Shown: positions 10,451 to 21,300 of the stretch, piece by piece | How the letters are laid out: each line of letters opens with the position of its first letter | Numbering within the stretch: position 1 is the first letter of the stretch | Source of the DNA: a virus | Direction: 5' to 3' (one strand) | Length of the DNA stretch: 64,000 bases | Virus record (IMG/VR): IMGVR_UViG_3300046777_001575 | Span: 1 to 64,000 of that record | Translations under genes and position numbers: made by a program | Notes under the pieces: generated by a model | What the model was told of the DNA's origin: nothing | Seen by the model: the letters and a program-made list of their open reading frames with translations, nothing else | Database searches by the model: none

Positions 10451-10587
10451 TGCCCCTCCGAAGTATGACTAGGTGGATGAAAAAAAACTCTAAGCCCACA
10501 ACTTATACAGTATATCTCTAGATGATTAAGTTCAGTATACTGTCTATCTACGAACATTCTTCCATTACATTTTTTGCAAGATATCAT
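10396..10587 (-). CDS. Small zinc-ribbon protein
   Basis: CKKCNG...YCISCG. Confidence 0.6.
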   Translation of the reverse strand: MISCKKCNGRMFVDRQYTELNHLEIYCISCGLRVFFHPPSHTSEGQWLLKRELLRAKNTMSHL

Positions 10588-11030
10588 TAGTTTGGTATTC
10601 CGACTATGATTAAGTTAATACCAATACTTGTATCTCCGCCACTATTAAATTTTACTGTCCCCTCTACCCTTGAAGTTGATATGCTGTTAATTGTTACCAT
10701 AACATCTTTTCCAGCATCTGTACTTCCAATGTTTATTGGGGTTGCAGTTACAACTGGTGCAAATTTAAAGTCTGTTCCAAAATCATAAAAAAATGGTTTA
10801 GAAGATCCTGCAGTCTGTGTTGTGCTTGTTGTGACCTGTACATAACCACCTATTATACGTGCCTCTGATGCCTTTACGCTTTGCTTTCCTGATGTTGGCG
10901 TATCTACTGTTACATACTTGTATGCTGATGGTGATATTTGAGTTGATAAATCATTAATAGCCTTAACAATCTGATAGATATATGTTACATCTAGTGGTTG
11001 CCCTCTTTCGGGCACAGGTAAAATAGACAT
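10587..11030 (-). CDS. Minor tail/structural protein
   Basis: Last gene of the tail module; beta-rich C-terminus (FKFAPVVTAT). Leaderless start MSILPVP at 11030. Confidence 0.55.
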   Translation of the reverse strand: MSILPVPERGQPLDVTYIYQIVKAINDLSTQISPSAYKYVTVDTPTSGKQSVKASEARIIGGYVQVTTSTTQTAGSSKPFFYDFGTDFKFAPVVTATPINIGSTDAGKDVMVTINSISTSRVEGTVKFNSGGDTSIGINLIIVGIPN

Positions 11031-11037
11031 AATACAA

Positions 11038-11469
11038 TTATACCAGAGACCTAACCCCAGAATCATAAACCTTAAGAGTATTATTAATCACTGGATTTAT
11101 TGATGCTGCCTGGACTAGAACCCTAACAGAAGATGTTCCAGTTTTTAAAAATGAATATGTGTTGCTATTAGCAATTCCAATATTTGAGTATTCTGCGCCG
11201 TCAAAAGAAACAAATATATCATATTTATCTTCAGAAGAAAAATTTGATGACTTAAACCAGTTGACAATAATTGTATTTCCAATAATATTGAGGTCACCAG
11301 AAACAGTCTTTATTGGCTCATTATCAACAAAAAATGACTGAGACCATGGAGATTTTCTATTTTTGTCTTCTGAGACTAGCCTAAACCTTATGATTCTTTT
11401 GTTATCAGATGTTGTTTTTCCTAATAGTTCTTTTTTTACAACAATATTTTTTATTCCTTGATCTGCCAT
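11038..11469 (-). CDS. Minor tail protein (Ig/FN3-like, putative)
   Basis: TAATG-coupled in the tail operon; beta-sandwich-like pattern (VNW...YDIFVSFDG). Confidence 0.5.
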   Translation of the reverse strand: MADQGIKNIVVKKELLGKTTSDNKRIIRFRLVSEDKNRKSPWSQSFFVDNEPIKTVSGDLNIIGNTIIVNWFKSSNFSSEDKYDIFVSFDGAEYSNIGIANSNTYSFLKTGTSSVRVLVQAASINPVINNTLKVYDSGVRSLV

Positions 11470-12836
11470 TATACTACATCCAAACCAAATCTAAATTCAA
11501 TATAGTTTGTTGTATTAGCAGATTTAATGATTGTTCTTGCTTCTGGAGTTTTTACAACTGTGTACCCAGTTAATCCATAAACAGAGTTATTAGATGTAAC
11601 ATTTTCAAGTCTAAGACCATCCAAACAAACATAAAAGTCTGATGTTGGTGTTGTGCTGCCATCTTTTATAACACACGCATAGATTCTCACAGTATTTACT
11701 TCAGACCAAGAAAACTCTGAACTTTTTTTCAATTCCTGAAGTTGCTTAGATACGACAAAATATCTATTTGTTGCAAAATTATTTGCTGTATCATCTACAA
11801 CTGCTTCAAATGTTGCCCACTTGCCATTTTTAAAAGTTCCCGTTGATGAGAATTCAACAATAAGTCTTACGGATTTTGGAAGCGTATTGGCAGATCCAAC
11901 TTTGTTTACAACAGAAAATGCTAATCTTAATTCGTCTGTTGGTGAATTTTTACTAAAATCTACAGAAGAGTTTGTTAACTGTATAAAGTTTGATCCACTT
12001 TCTGCTACTAGACTACCATCCTGACCTATTGTAATATTTGCATTATTTCCAGATATTGCAAAAATATTATTTAAAAATCGACATCTTTCATATCTCTGAA
12101 CTCGATTTGAATTTGTAAAAATTTTATTATCTGCATTTGTTTGAAATACTGGATATACTTGATTGATAATGTTTGTATCAACATCATTAATTAAGTATCC
12201 AGAAGAAACAAATTTATCTAAAATATTAGCACTAGAAGAAACAGTAAAAGATGTTGCTGTTGGAACTGTTGCAATAGTTGCATCTGTCATATTAAATGTG
12301 GATGGCGCAATTCCAGATATAGATATTTTTGTTCCTATCGTAAGACCATGTTCTGCGTCAGTTGTATACGTTATTGTAGATCCTGAAGGTGTTGCTGAAA
12401 CAGATATAGCATTAACTATTTTAACAACACGGTCATCTAAGGGTTCATAAATTGAAGGAATTTCTGCTGCTTGTGATGAATACTTCCAAGGCTCTGACTC
12501 AGAAAAAGAATACACAGTTTTGCTATCAAATGCTCCTGCAGAAGGATTTGAGGCTGCAGAGAATACACCAACCTCTGTAATCTCGTATCTTTCTTGAGTT
12601 GGCAGTTCTGCTGTTAATACAACTTTAGAGACACCATTATCATCTACAAATCCACGAGAAATAATTGGAACTCGAAACATTTCAAAATCAAGAGAAGATT
12701 TATTAGAATAGTCACCCAAAGTTCCATCTGAAAGTATTGGCTTTGCTCCACACCCAATTGCTATATGAGAGGCATACGACGATGTTTGCCCAACAAGATA
12801 CTTTGCTAAAATATTTTTTCCTATATTAGTTATCAT
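11469..12836 (-). CDS. Minor tail protein
   Basis: N-terminus MITNIGKNILAKYL...HIAIGCG...ITEVGVF is typical of tail collar/baseplate proteins. Confidence 0.65.
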   Translation of the reverse strand: MITNIGKNILAKYLVGQTSSYASHIAIGCGAKPILSDGTLGDYSNKSSLDFEMFRVPIISRGFVDDNGVSKVVLTAELPTQERYEITEVGVFSAASNPSAGAFDSKTVYSFSESEPWKYSSQAAEIPSIYEPLDDRVVKIVNAISVSATPSGSTITYTTDAEHGLTIGTKISISGIAPSTFNMTDATIATVPTATSFTVSSSANILDKFVSSGYLINDVDTNIINQVYPVFQTNADNKIFTNSNRVQRYERCRFLNNIFAISGNNANITIGQDGSLVAESGSNFIQLTNSSVDFSKNSPTDELRLAFSVVNKVGSANTLPKSVRLIVEFSSTGTFKNGKWATFEAVVDDTANNFATNRYFVVSKQLQELKKSSEFSWSEVNTVRIYACVIKDGSTTPTSDFYVCLDGLRLENVTSNNSVYGLTGYTVVKTPEARTIIKSANTTNYIEFRFGLDVV

Positions 12837-13381
12837 TAACTTCCTCCATTGTATATTGTATCATCAAAGATAGACCCACTTGTTAAGATTTGAACTTCTG
12901 CCTGTTCGCCATCCTTTAAGTTTATAAGATTTATTACTAGGTCCCCCGTTATCGGGTCTATATATATTGATTTACAGTTTGGCACCTTGGTCCACTTAGT
13001 TTTATCTGGCTCGTCAGCATTTTCTATAAGGTCATAGCCATTACCACATACTGGCAAGTGATCCAAAATAGAAAGTGATAGCGACTTAAAGTAGGAGTCT
13101 GAAGACTGAAGACGAAGAACATTGTTTGGATTGTATTGTAAATATAGATCGGATAAATTTTTTATTGGGTTATATATTATTTTTTGACCATTAACAATAT
13201 CGTGCCTAGAGATTGTTGCAAGTTCTTGTCCGCCTATATCTTCAAATATAAGGTCTGTCATTATGTCAATAGACATAACGTCGTCATCTTTAATTATTAG
13301 ATCTGGCGTAGCAATTTTTACCGCATTACTATCAATTATTGTTTTTGGTTCTGGAATATTTGGAACTGCATCTGTTGTCAT
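12836..13381 (-). CDS. Minor tail protein (putative)
   Basis: TAATG-coupled within the tail operon. Confidence 0.5.
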   Translation of the reverse strand: MTTDAVPNIPEPKTIIDSNAVKIATPDLIIKDDDVMSIDIMTDLIFEDIGGQELATISRHDIVNGQKIIYNPIKNLSDLYLQYNPNNVLRLQSSDSYFKSLSLSILDHLPVCGNGYDLIENADEPDKTKWTKVPNCKSIYIDPITGDLVINLINLKDGEQAEVQILTSGSIFDDTIYNGGS

Positions 13382-16300
13382 TATACTACCTCACTTAAAA
13401 AGACTGTCATTTCTGGACCATTAGAATTTTTTAGATAGTCAATATTGTATACCACAAACCTATTTGAAGAAGAAGATGCCATATGTATTCCATTTTCCTC
13501 ATAGTCTAAAGTAACTATATCTCCCAATTGTAGTGTTGGAATTGGGAATATTTTAACACCTATAGACTTTCTTGGTTTTGTTATTTTTTCAACAAGCCAG
13601 GTCATTAAACTATGTGCTTCATCATAAGACTGAATATAGGGAGCATTTAGAGAAAAATCTTTTTTGCCATAGGTCATCCTGCTTAATTTGATGTCTTGAT
13701 AATCTTGTTTAAATTTATATGGATTGGATATTAGTTTGTCAGCAACAAACTGTGGATTTGAGGTTAGGCTATTTTTATTAAAATAGTCATCAACAGTTAA
13801 TCTATTTTCAGATTCTTGTGTAAATGTTACTCCCTGTATTCTTAAATAATTACCAGTTGTTTCATCTAAACTTATTGCTGTATCTGTTGCATTAAATATA
13901 ATAAATTCTGCTCCATACGATCCCGCCCTAAATCCAGAAACTACATACCCTTTTAGTTTATTAAATGTTGGAGATATTTTTGCAGTTAATGCTGGGAAAG
14001 CCTTGTCATATTTACATTTAAATGTTGCTGCTTCACGCATTATGCTTCCAAATTCTTCAAAAAATATATTATATTTTGGTGCTTCAGACTCGCCTATTCC
14101 AGAAAGATAAGTGTTTTGTATTAAACCGCTTATGGCATATTTTCTGAAAGACTCATTTACATCAATATCGGAATCTCCAAATATTGAATCAACTGGAGCA
14201 CCTAAAGAAAATGTTGTATTTTGTGAATAATTATTACATAAAGCATAAACATTTTCAAACATAATCCTTGAAGATCCTCTTGTAAAAAGACCAATTCCAG
14301 AATAAACTGGTAATGGATCTGAATCATCAACTGTTTTAATTATTTTACCATTTAGATATAAATAAAATCTTCTAACTTTTCCAATATCTTGATACTCAAC
14401 TGCAAGATCATATACTGTTGGATTTTCTTCTGCTACAATTCGTGCTTGACCAGTAAACTTTCCATCGTCTACTGTTATTTCACCAAGACCTTCCCATAAC
14501 TTAACTGGAACTGCTTTACCATTATCAGACTTAATCTTATAAAAGAAAACATTGCTAACACTTTCTCTTTCTTCTTGAGACAAATTTCCCATACCAAGTG
14601 CTGCAATTTCAAAATAATACCCAACATTTGTTGATGAATTTAGCATAAACGCAATGCCACCAGACCCGCCAGATATATTAATATTTTTATCTGGCGTACT
14701 ACCATTTACGACATAGTAGGTTGCGGAACCATTTGATGTTTGGCCCCTGTCTGTACTATTTTCAATTTTACCCACAATTCTCATTCTTGTGCCAAAATGT
14801 TTGTATTTGTTGTCGTCTAAAGACTTATGCACATATGATATAAAATTTCTTGGCTTTTCTTTAGTAGTAAAGTTTGGTCCAGTCAGAGATAATGCTGATG
14901 ATTGCAGAGTGCCACTTTGAACTGGTGTTGATGTACTGATCTCTCCTAAAAATGATGTAGACATAAAGTTTTTAATAATTCCACTTCGAGAAGATGTTCT
15001 TGCAAGAGCATCTGAAGATATTCCAGAATCAGTTAATTTGCCAGAACTAGAAACAGTTGTTGCTGGCAAAGTTAAATCTTTTTGAAATAGGTATTCGGAT
15101 GACATATAGCATCCTTTTATGTTTTCATCAGATTTCCAATAGTCTGAAATTCCAGCATTATGCTCGACTATTTTAGTTCCAAACTGACCACGACCATGTT
15201 TTTGAACTTCGCCATTTTGTAATTTGATCACTCCATTTTGCTCAAAATATTTTGGCTCAGAATATATTCTAACAAGACCAGTAGGATATATTTTTCCATT
15301 GAATGGAAGTTTAGAAAAATAGTTTTGATATTCTTCTGTTGATGTTATCCAAACATTTCCAAATCCAGAAACATTATACTGAACTGCATCATATTTTATA
15401 ATTTCTCCCTGTGAATAAAAGTATCCATTATATCTTGTAATCCAGTAGGCTGCCTCTCCAAGACTAAATGTATTGTTTATTAAAATATTATTTTTAACTG
15501 CAGGAACATCGGCTGTCAAATTTGAGTTAAGAGGAATTGCACTAAGAACATAAGCAGACTGATTAGCGACTTCGTTGTTAATAGATTTTGTGTTTTGAGT
15601 TCCAGAAACTTCCCAAAGAAGCGCTGGCTTATATGTATAATATCTTTCATTATCAACAAGGCTTGCCTGCCTAATAGATCCTATCGATCTTTGTATATGC
15701 CTTGTAGTATAGTTAATTGCTCCATCGTTATATACAGAGTTTTCTTGTGTTGAAACAGAAATTATGTTTGAAAGTTTTGGCTTGTTTGTTTTATTTTTAA
15801 CTTCAGAATCAGTAATAAAATCTTTTGTTCCTTGAAGTGCAAAATCGGTAGGTCTTTCTTTTTCAGATGGCATTATATAGTTTTTACTCATCATAACAAA
15901 ATTATTATATTCATCAAAAAACATAGCAGTTTGTGTTGATATAGCCAAATCTTGTAGAACTTGAGCAACGCTATTTTCTGGAGCAACAAAGAAGTATGGA
16001 ATAATTATTTCTTTTTCACCTGGAACTCTTTTAAAAGTATAGTTAGAAAAACCAATATGATCTAAAAGCAAAGACACTGCAGAACTAACAGATACCTCTG
16101 TCATCAAAATTTCTGGCGCAGTTATTGATTCAAGATACCAATACAGATCTCTTAAATTTATCGATACACTCTTTGTCATTAAGTCTTGTTTTGGGAACGC
16201 ATCAGCATAAAGAGTTTTGATTGGAACATAATAGTCCCAGCCATTAACATCAGCAATAACCTCATGGAATCTAAACTTTATATGCCTTGCAATATATTTA

Positions 16301-17670
16301 GATATAATACTGTTTGTATTATTTGGGTTAAATGCTTGATCGTAGTCAAAGATACTAATGTTGCCACTAGACGCAATTAGTTGACCAACTGGTAATCCAG
16401 AAACTCCCAAGTCTGAAGCGCTTTTGGTTATTGAATAATCTAGTGTCTTATCAGAAATATTCATTATAAGTCTTGGAGAAATTTCAATAAGATCAAACGT
16501 AGAATCTTTATTTTGCATAGTATCAACAACAATTCTAATGCCATCAATATATTCAAACTCTCTAAATTGTGGCTTGTTATCAATCGATCTAATAAAAATA
16601 TCTGGTGAGGTAGCATCAGTAATAAAGTTAGTTAACCTATCAACTGTTTCATCTTGAATATACCACCCATACTTCGGTGTAATTATTGTATAGTCTGTCC
16701 CGTTCCAAATATGAAACTTTCCAATGTCATTTATATTTTCTTTAATAAGATATGCGTATCCAATTACAGATTCCTCTGGTCTTAAAGATATACTTGAATA
16801 TGTTTCTGCAAAAACAAAAGTAGATCTCCATTCGTCTGGAATAATAAGACCATATGCAATTTCTACATATCCATCACTTTTAATTATTGAAGATCCATCT
16901 ATTCTTCTAGATGCTGAATTAAACGATATTGTGTCTTCCCAATTACCATTTTTTAAAAGTTGAATTTTCCATTTACTAGGAACTTTTTGGTTAAGTTCTC
17001 CAAAAAATGGATCTGCAAATGTTCCTGTAGGTGAAGAGAATGGCCCCAAGTCTTCAGTTCCAATATGTGTTTGCATTTTTACGACTACTCTATTTACTGG
17101 AATTTTTTCTTTATACACTACAAACGGACACGCATCTTCTATATAATTTTGAGAGCCACGAACATTCGATGCTATACCATATTCTTGGCCATTCTCAGTT
17201 CTGTAAGATGTCCAATATTTAAATTTATCATTTTTATCTGGCATATAATATCTAGGTCTATCTGCCATAACTATGTTTGGATGATGAAGTTTTCCATTTT
17301 CAAAAAATACAGCCTTGTTAATTCCAGATCTTGGTCTAAACTGTTCAAAACATGCTTCTAAAGAATATAAGGTTTGTGTTTTTTCTTTTTTAGTTAAAAT
17401 AGTTGTTGGTGTATCTTCATTATCAAATGTTCCATCAACCAATACATCAGCGTCAGTTGCTCCTGTATAAAAATTTCCAGCATCATTTATATCAAAACTT
17501 GTTGGAAGAGATGAGTAAATTGATGATATTTGATTAGGTCTATATCTATAATTTCCAACATGCTTTATATTGGTTGGTATATTCATGTTCCATTCTGCTG
17601 TAATTATTGACTTGTTTTTTACTGTGGAAGAAGTCTCTAAAAATGATTGAAGTTCCTTGTCTACAAACAT
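13381..17670 (-). CDS. Large tail-tip/hub minor tail protein (1429 aa)
   Basis: Second gene after the tape measure; C-terminal PTLQLGDIVTL tail-tip motif. Confidence 0.7.
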   Translation of the reverse strand: MFVDKELQSFLETSSTVKNKSIITAEWNMNIPTNIKHVGNYRYRPNQISSIYSSLPTSFDINDAGNFYTGATDADVLVDGTFDNEDTPTTILTKKEKTQTLYSLEACFEQFRPRSGINKAVFFENGKLHHPNIVMADRPRYYMPDKNDKFKYWTSYRTENGQEYGIASNVRGSQNYIEDACPFVVYKEKIPVNRVVVKMQTHIGTEDLGPFSSPTGTFADPFFGELNQKVPSKWKIQLLKNGNWEDTISFNSASRRIDGSSIIKSDGYVEIAYGLIIPDEWRSTFVFAETYSSISLRPEESVIGYAYLIKENINDIGKFHIWNGTDYTIITPKYGWYIQDETVDRLTNFITDATSPDIFIRSIDNKPQFREFEYIDGIRIVVDTMQNKDSTFDLIEISPRLIMNISDKTLDYSITKSASDLGVSGLPVGQLIASSGNISIFDYDQAFNPNNTNSIISKYIARHIKFRFHEVIADVNGWDYYVPIKTLYADAFPKQDLMTKSVSINLRDLYWYLESITAPEILMTEVSVSSAVSLLLDHIGFSNYTFKRVPGEKEIIIPYFFVAPENSVAQVLQDLAISTQTAMFFDEYNNFVMMSKNYIMPSEKERPTDFALQGTKDFITDSEVKNKTNKPKLSNIISVSTQENSVYNDGAINYTTRHIQRSIGSIRQASLVDNERYYTYKPALLWEVSGTQNTKSINNEVANQSAYVLSAIPLNSNLTADVPAVKNNILINNTFSLGEAAYWITRYNGYFYSQGEIIKYDAVQYNVSGFGNVWITSTEEYQNYFSKLPFNGKIYPTGLVRIYSEPKYFEQNGVIKLQNGEVQKHGRGQFGTKIVEHNAGISDYWKSDENIKGCYMSSEYLFQKDLTLPATTVSSSGKLTDSGISSDALARTSSRSGIIKNFMSTSFLGEISTSTPVQSGTLQSSALSLTGPNFTTKEKPRNFISYVHKSLDDNKYKHFGTRMRIVGKIENSTDRGQTSNGSATYYVVNGSTPDKNINISGGSGGIAFMLNSSTNVGYYFEIAALGMGNLSQEERESVSNVFFYKIKSDNGKAVPVKLWEGLGEITVDDGKFTGQARIVAEENPTVYDLAVEYQDIGKVRRFYLYLNGKIIKTVDDSDPLPVYSGIGLFTRGSSRIMFENVYALCNNYSQNTTFSLGAPVDSIFGDSDIDVNESFRKYAISGLIQNTYLSGIGESEAPKYNIFFEEFGSIMREAATFKCKYDKAFPALTAKISPTFNKLKGYVVSGFRAGSYGAEFIIFNATDTAISLDETTGNYLRIQGVTFTQESENRLTVDDYFNKNSLTSNPQFVADKLISNPYKFKQDYQDIKLSRMTYGKKDFSLNAPYIQSYDEAHSLMTWLVEKITKPRKSIGVKIFPIPTLQLGDIVTLDYEENGIHMASSSSNRFVVYNIDYLKNSNGPEMTVFLSEVV

Positions 17671-18308
17671 TATACTTCTTCCAAAGTTACAGAGACATTC
17701 CAGTAGTCAAACTTTGTTCCTCTTTTTTCAACTGAGTAATTAAAATTACTAATAAACATTTCTATTAGTTGATTATACTGTCTAAGACGATCATACGGGT
17801 CTGGCTGACCATTAAAAACATCTTTTTTGTCATACGCAAGAAAAACCCAGAAAGAGTCTTTATGATTTTCATACCACTCAAGCATATCTGCTCCACCTGC
17901 GCCACCATCTGTTGTATATGATGTATGTGGCGATATGCCAGTTTCTGCATTAAATGCTGGAATATTAGAATGAGATCTAGACGGAATCATATTCCAACTG
18001 GTACTAAGTTTTAATTTATCTGCAATATGATAGGATCTCATTCTTCCATTAATCATTCTTTCACGCTTTTCAATACGTTCATCTGAAAACTCTAATGGTG
18101 ATCTGTTGTCATCTGTTAAAATTAAAAACTGATTAATTAGTGTGTCGTCTGGTTCACCAGTTGTATCTGCACCAACTTCTAACCCATATGGAACATATAA
18201 CTTATTAATTATGGTGCCTGAATTTTCAGACCAAAGCATACCACTAGGTCTACTATATCTTTTTCTTCCTTGGATATAAGAGTACCTTGGATCAATTTCG
18301 TCTGCCAC
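17670..18308 (-). CDS. Distal tail-like minor tail protein
   Basis: Immediately after the tape measure; [21 protein letters not shown]. Confidence 0.65.
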   Translation of the reverse strand: MADEIDPRYSYIQGRKRYSRPSGMLWSENSGTIINKLYVPYGLEVGADTTGEPDDTLINQFLILTDDNRSPLEFSDERIEKRERMINGRMRSYHIADKLKLSTSWNMIPSRSHSNIPAFNAETGISPHTSYTTDGGAGGADMLEWYENHKDSFWVFLAYDKKDVFNGQPDPYDRLRQYNQLIEMFISNFNYSVEKRGTKFDYWNVSVTLEEV

Positions 18309-21300
18309 TTATACCAATCCCCCTAATTCTTCTGTCTTCTGTTTGTCTAATTGTTGACATTACTGCCTGTGCAATCTCGTTTGGATTAGCATCTGTCTTT
18401 GCATTAACAGTTAATGTATATGTATTATTATACACTGCTCCCCCTGGGTTTTTACCACTATTCATTGCTCTGAGAGTATCAACACCATGTGTATCGACTG
18501 CATACTTACTCATTATAAATTCTCCTGGAGTTAACATTGCTGGGATAGTATCTGTTCCTCTTGCAAAACCACCACTAGCAAAATATTTAGGAGGTACTAT
18601 TCCACCCATGCTAAAACCAAATCTACCAAACACGCTCTTTAAAGCATTAGTTACTGTTGCAACAGGTTTTGTAACTATATTTTTTACTGCTGATGCAACA
18701 TTGGATACCCCAGTTGCAACTGCCTTGGCTACTGTAGAAACAGTACTTGCAACTGTTTTTACTACCGCAGTTGCTGGCTTTGTAACTGCTGCTACAACCT
18801 TTGCAATTGGCTGATTTACACCTAAATTCCACCCAACAGAAGGAACGGATGTTGTTTTTGTTAATGGGCTTCCACCAAGTGGATTAAATGTAGGGGTTGT
18901 TGTTGCTGTAGGCTTAGGAGTAGGTACTGGATTTGGTGTTGGATTTGGTGTTGGATTTGGTGTAGGGGTAGGATCTGGTGTAGGATCTGGCTTTGGTGTA
19001 GGGGTAGGGTCTGGCTTTGGTGTAGGGGTAGGGTCTGGGGTCGGAGTAGGCTCTGGTGTTGGTTCTGGTGTAGGCTCTGGTGTAGGGGTAGGCTCTGGTG
19101 TACCAGATGTTGCTCCAGTGATTGCATCATTGCCACTTGACTGTTGATTATTATATGCCTGTATTAATTTGTCTTGAGTATTTAAAGCAAGTTGCATTGA
19201 CTCTATAAACTGCTTACTTCTTACCATAGCAAGATCTACCTGATTTTTAATTGCTTCCCAAGCATCTCTTGTTTTTCCAAGAACAGTTAAATTTTCAATA
19301 TCAGTTTTTAATTGAATTTGTTTTAAACGAATAAATTCTTGAGCAGGTTCTATCTTCTTTTCTTCTAAATCAAATATCTCATTTTGCAAATCTTTAATAT
19401 CAGACTCAAGTTCTTTCCTAGTTCTATATGTTTTTGTAACTGGGTCATAGGCTTTTACTGAGTTGAGTTCATACTGTCTAGATTGCTCTAATGCTTCTCT
19501 CTGCTTTGTTACAGCATCAGCAGCCTGCTGTGCTCTCATTTCTTGTGCAGCCCTTGCCGCTGCTGCTATATCTCCAGATGTTAGAGCCTCAGCAAGTGTT
19601 AGTTGGCCTCTTTGCTGATTAGCAATAGCAGCATTAGCCTTTTCAACATCGTCTAGTGCTTTGATTCTTTCATCATATTTTTCATTAATTTTTTGCTCTT
19701 GATCTTCAATAGCCTTTAAGGATGCTTCCTTATCATCAATTTTATATTGAATTCCAGCAATAGTATTTTGTGCTTCCTCAATTATTTTATTGCTTTCTTT
19801 AGTGTCTAAATTAAACTTTATTTGAAGTGCAGTTTCTTCAACATCAAAGGCCTCCATAGCGTTACTAAATCCTTGATCAAACATGTCTTGCATAAACCCA
19901 ATAGTGCTCTTTAGTTGATTTAGTCTTTCATTAAAATCACTCACCATCTTATTTAGTTCATTTTGTGCAGCAATAATTTGTGCTCTATCTGCACCCTTAC
20001 TTATTAAACTGTTTATTCTTGATTGTTGAGCAGCAATAGCATTTTCCATTGATCTTAAGTTTTCATCAGAGCCAATTGCAAAAGCAGTTTCTGAACTGTA
20101 TTGTTGTCTAATTCTATTTTCTTGAACTCTATCTTTCTTAAATTGAGCAATGTCTGTTTTTATTCCTGAAACTGCTGCAGCCTTTTCTTGTGCAATAGTT
20201 AATGCTTTATATTTTGCTATAAGTGATTTTAAGGTTTTATCGTTAACCCCATTTGCAATTGCTGCTGCAATTGTTTTATCAGAAATTAATTCGTATGCAT
20301 TGGCAACTGGCACTCCAAGTTTAGACAACTTATCGAATGCAATAGTTTGATTTGATAATGCTTTAGACTCTTCTTCCATGCTAGAATTAAAATCTCCCAT
20401 GGTGATTGAATACAAAGCCTCTTGAATATTTTTAGCATCTCTTTTTAGTGCAATAATATTTCCCTTGTTGTCAAACTTAAACAAAGAATTTTTTCTCTTT
20501 TCATATTCTTTTGGATCCATGCCAACAATTAGTTCAATAAGGTCCTGACTTCCACCTAGTGCTCGAATATCATTTTCTATACCACTAAATACATTTATTG
20601 TCTTGCTGCCTCCAAATAATTTATCCAATGCCTTACGAGAAGCAGACCAGCCTTCTGTAACTTTGATTTGATTCATTCTTACATCTCTAAGTTTCTTTAC
20701 AAGGTCGTCAAGTGGAGAAGCCTCAACCTTGCTTCCTCCACCAGTATTGCCACCTGTTGGAGCATTTGTATTAACTTGAACATTATCAACAACAGCCTTG
20801 TTTCCTTGAGCCTCTATATATTTTTGTACAATATAGGATTTGCTTCCAGTAATACCAGCACCACCTCTTGGGCCAGTTTCTTTACGCCAAGCCTTGAAAT
20901 CTTCGCTTTCAAGTATCTGTGGTTCTGGAACATTAATTAATGTAGAGATAGTAGTTGTATAAACTTTTTGCTGATCTTCAGTTAGAGTATTGAAATATGC
21001 TTCATCAAATGCTGCAGTTCCCTTAACCTGTGGCATAATTTCATAAACAATTTTTGCTGTTAAATCTTTGCTTCCTTCAATGCTGTCAAGCATTTTGTTT
21101 AGTCTGTCGTATGCTTCTTTATTCTTTGGATCTATGTAATAACTTACCATTACATCTGATGGTATAACAGCATTAAGATTATTTAACTTAATTATATTTT
21201 TTGTAAAATCAAGAGCATCTGAGTCTTTTTCAAATGCTTCTACCTTAGTAATAAATTTTGTTTGTACTGTTTTATTGATTTTATTGTCTGCACCAAGAAT

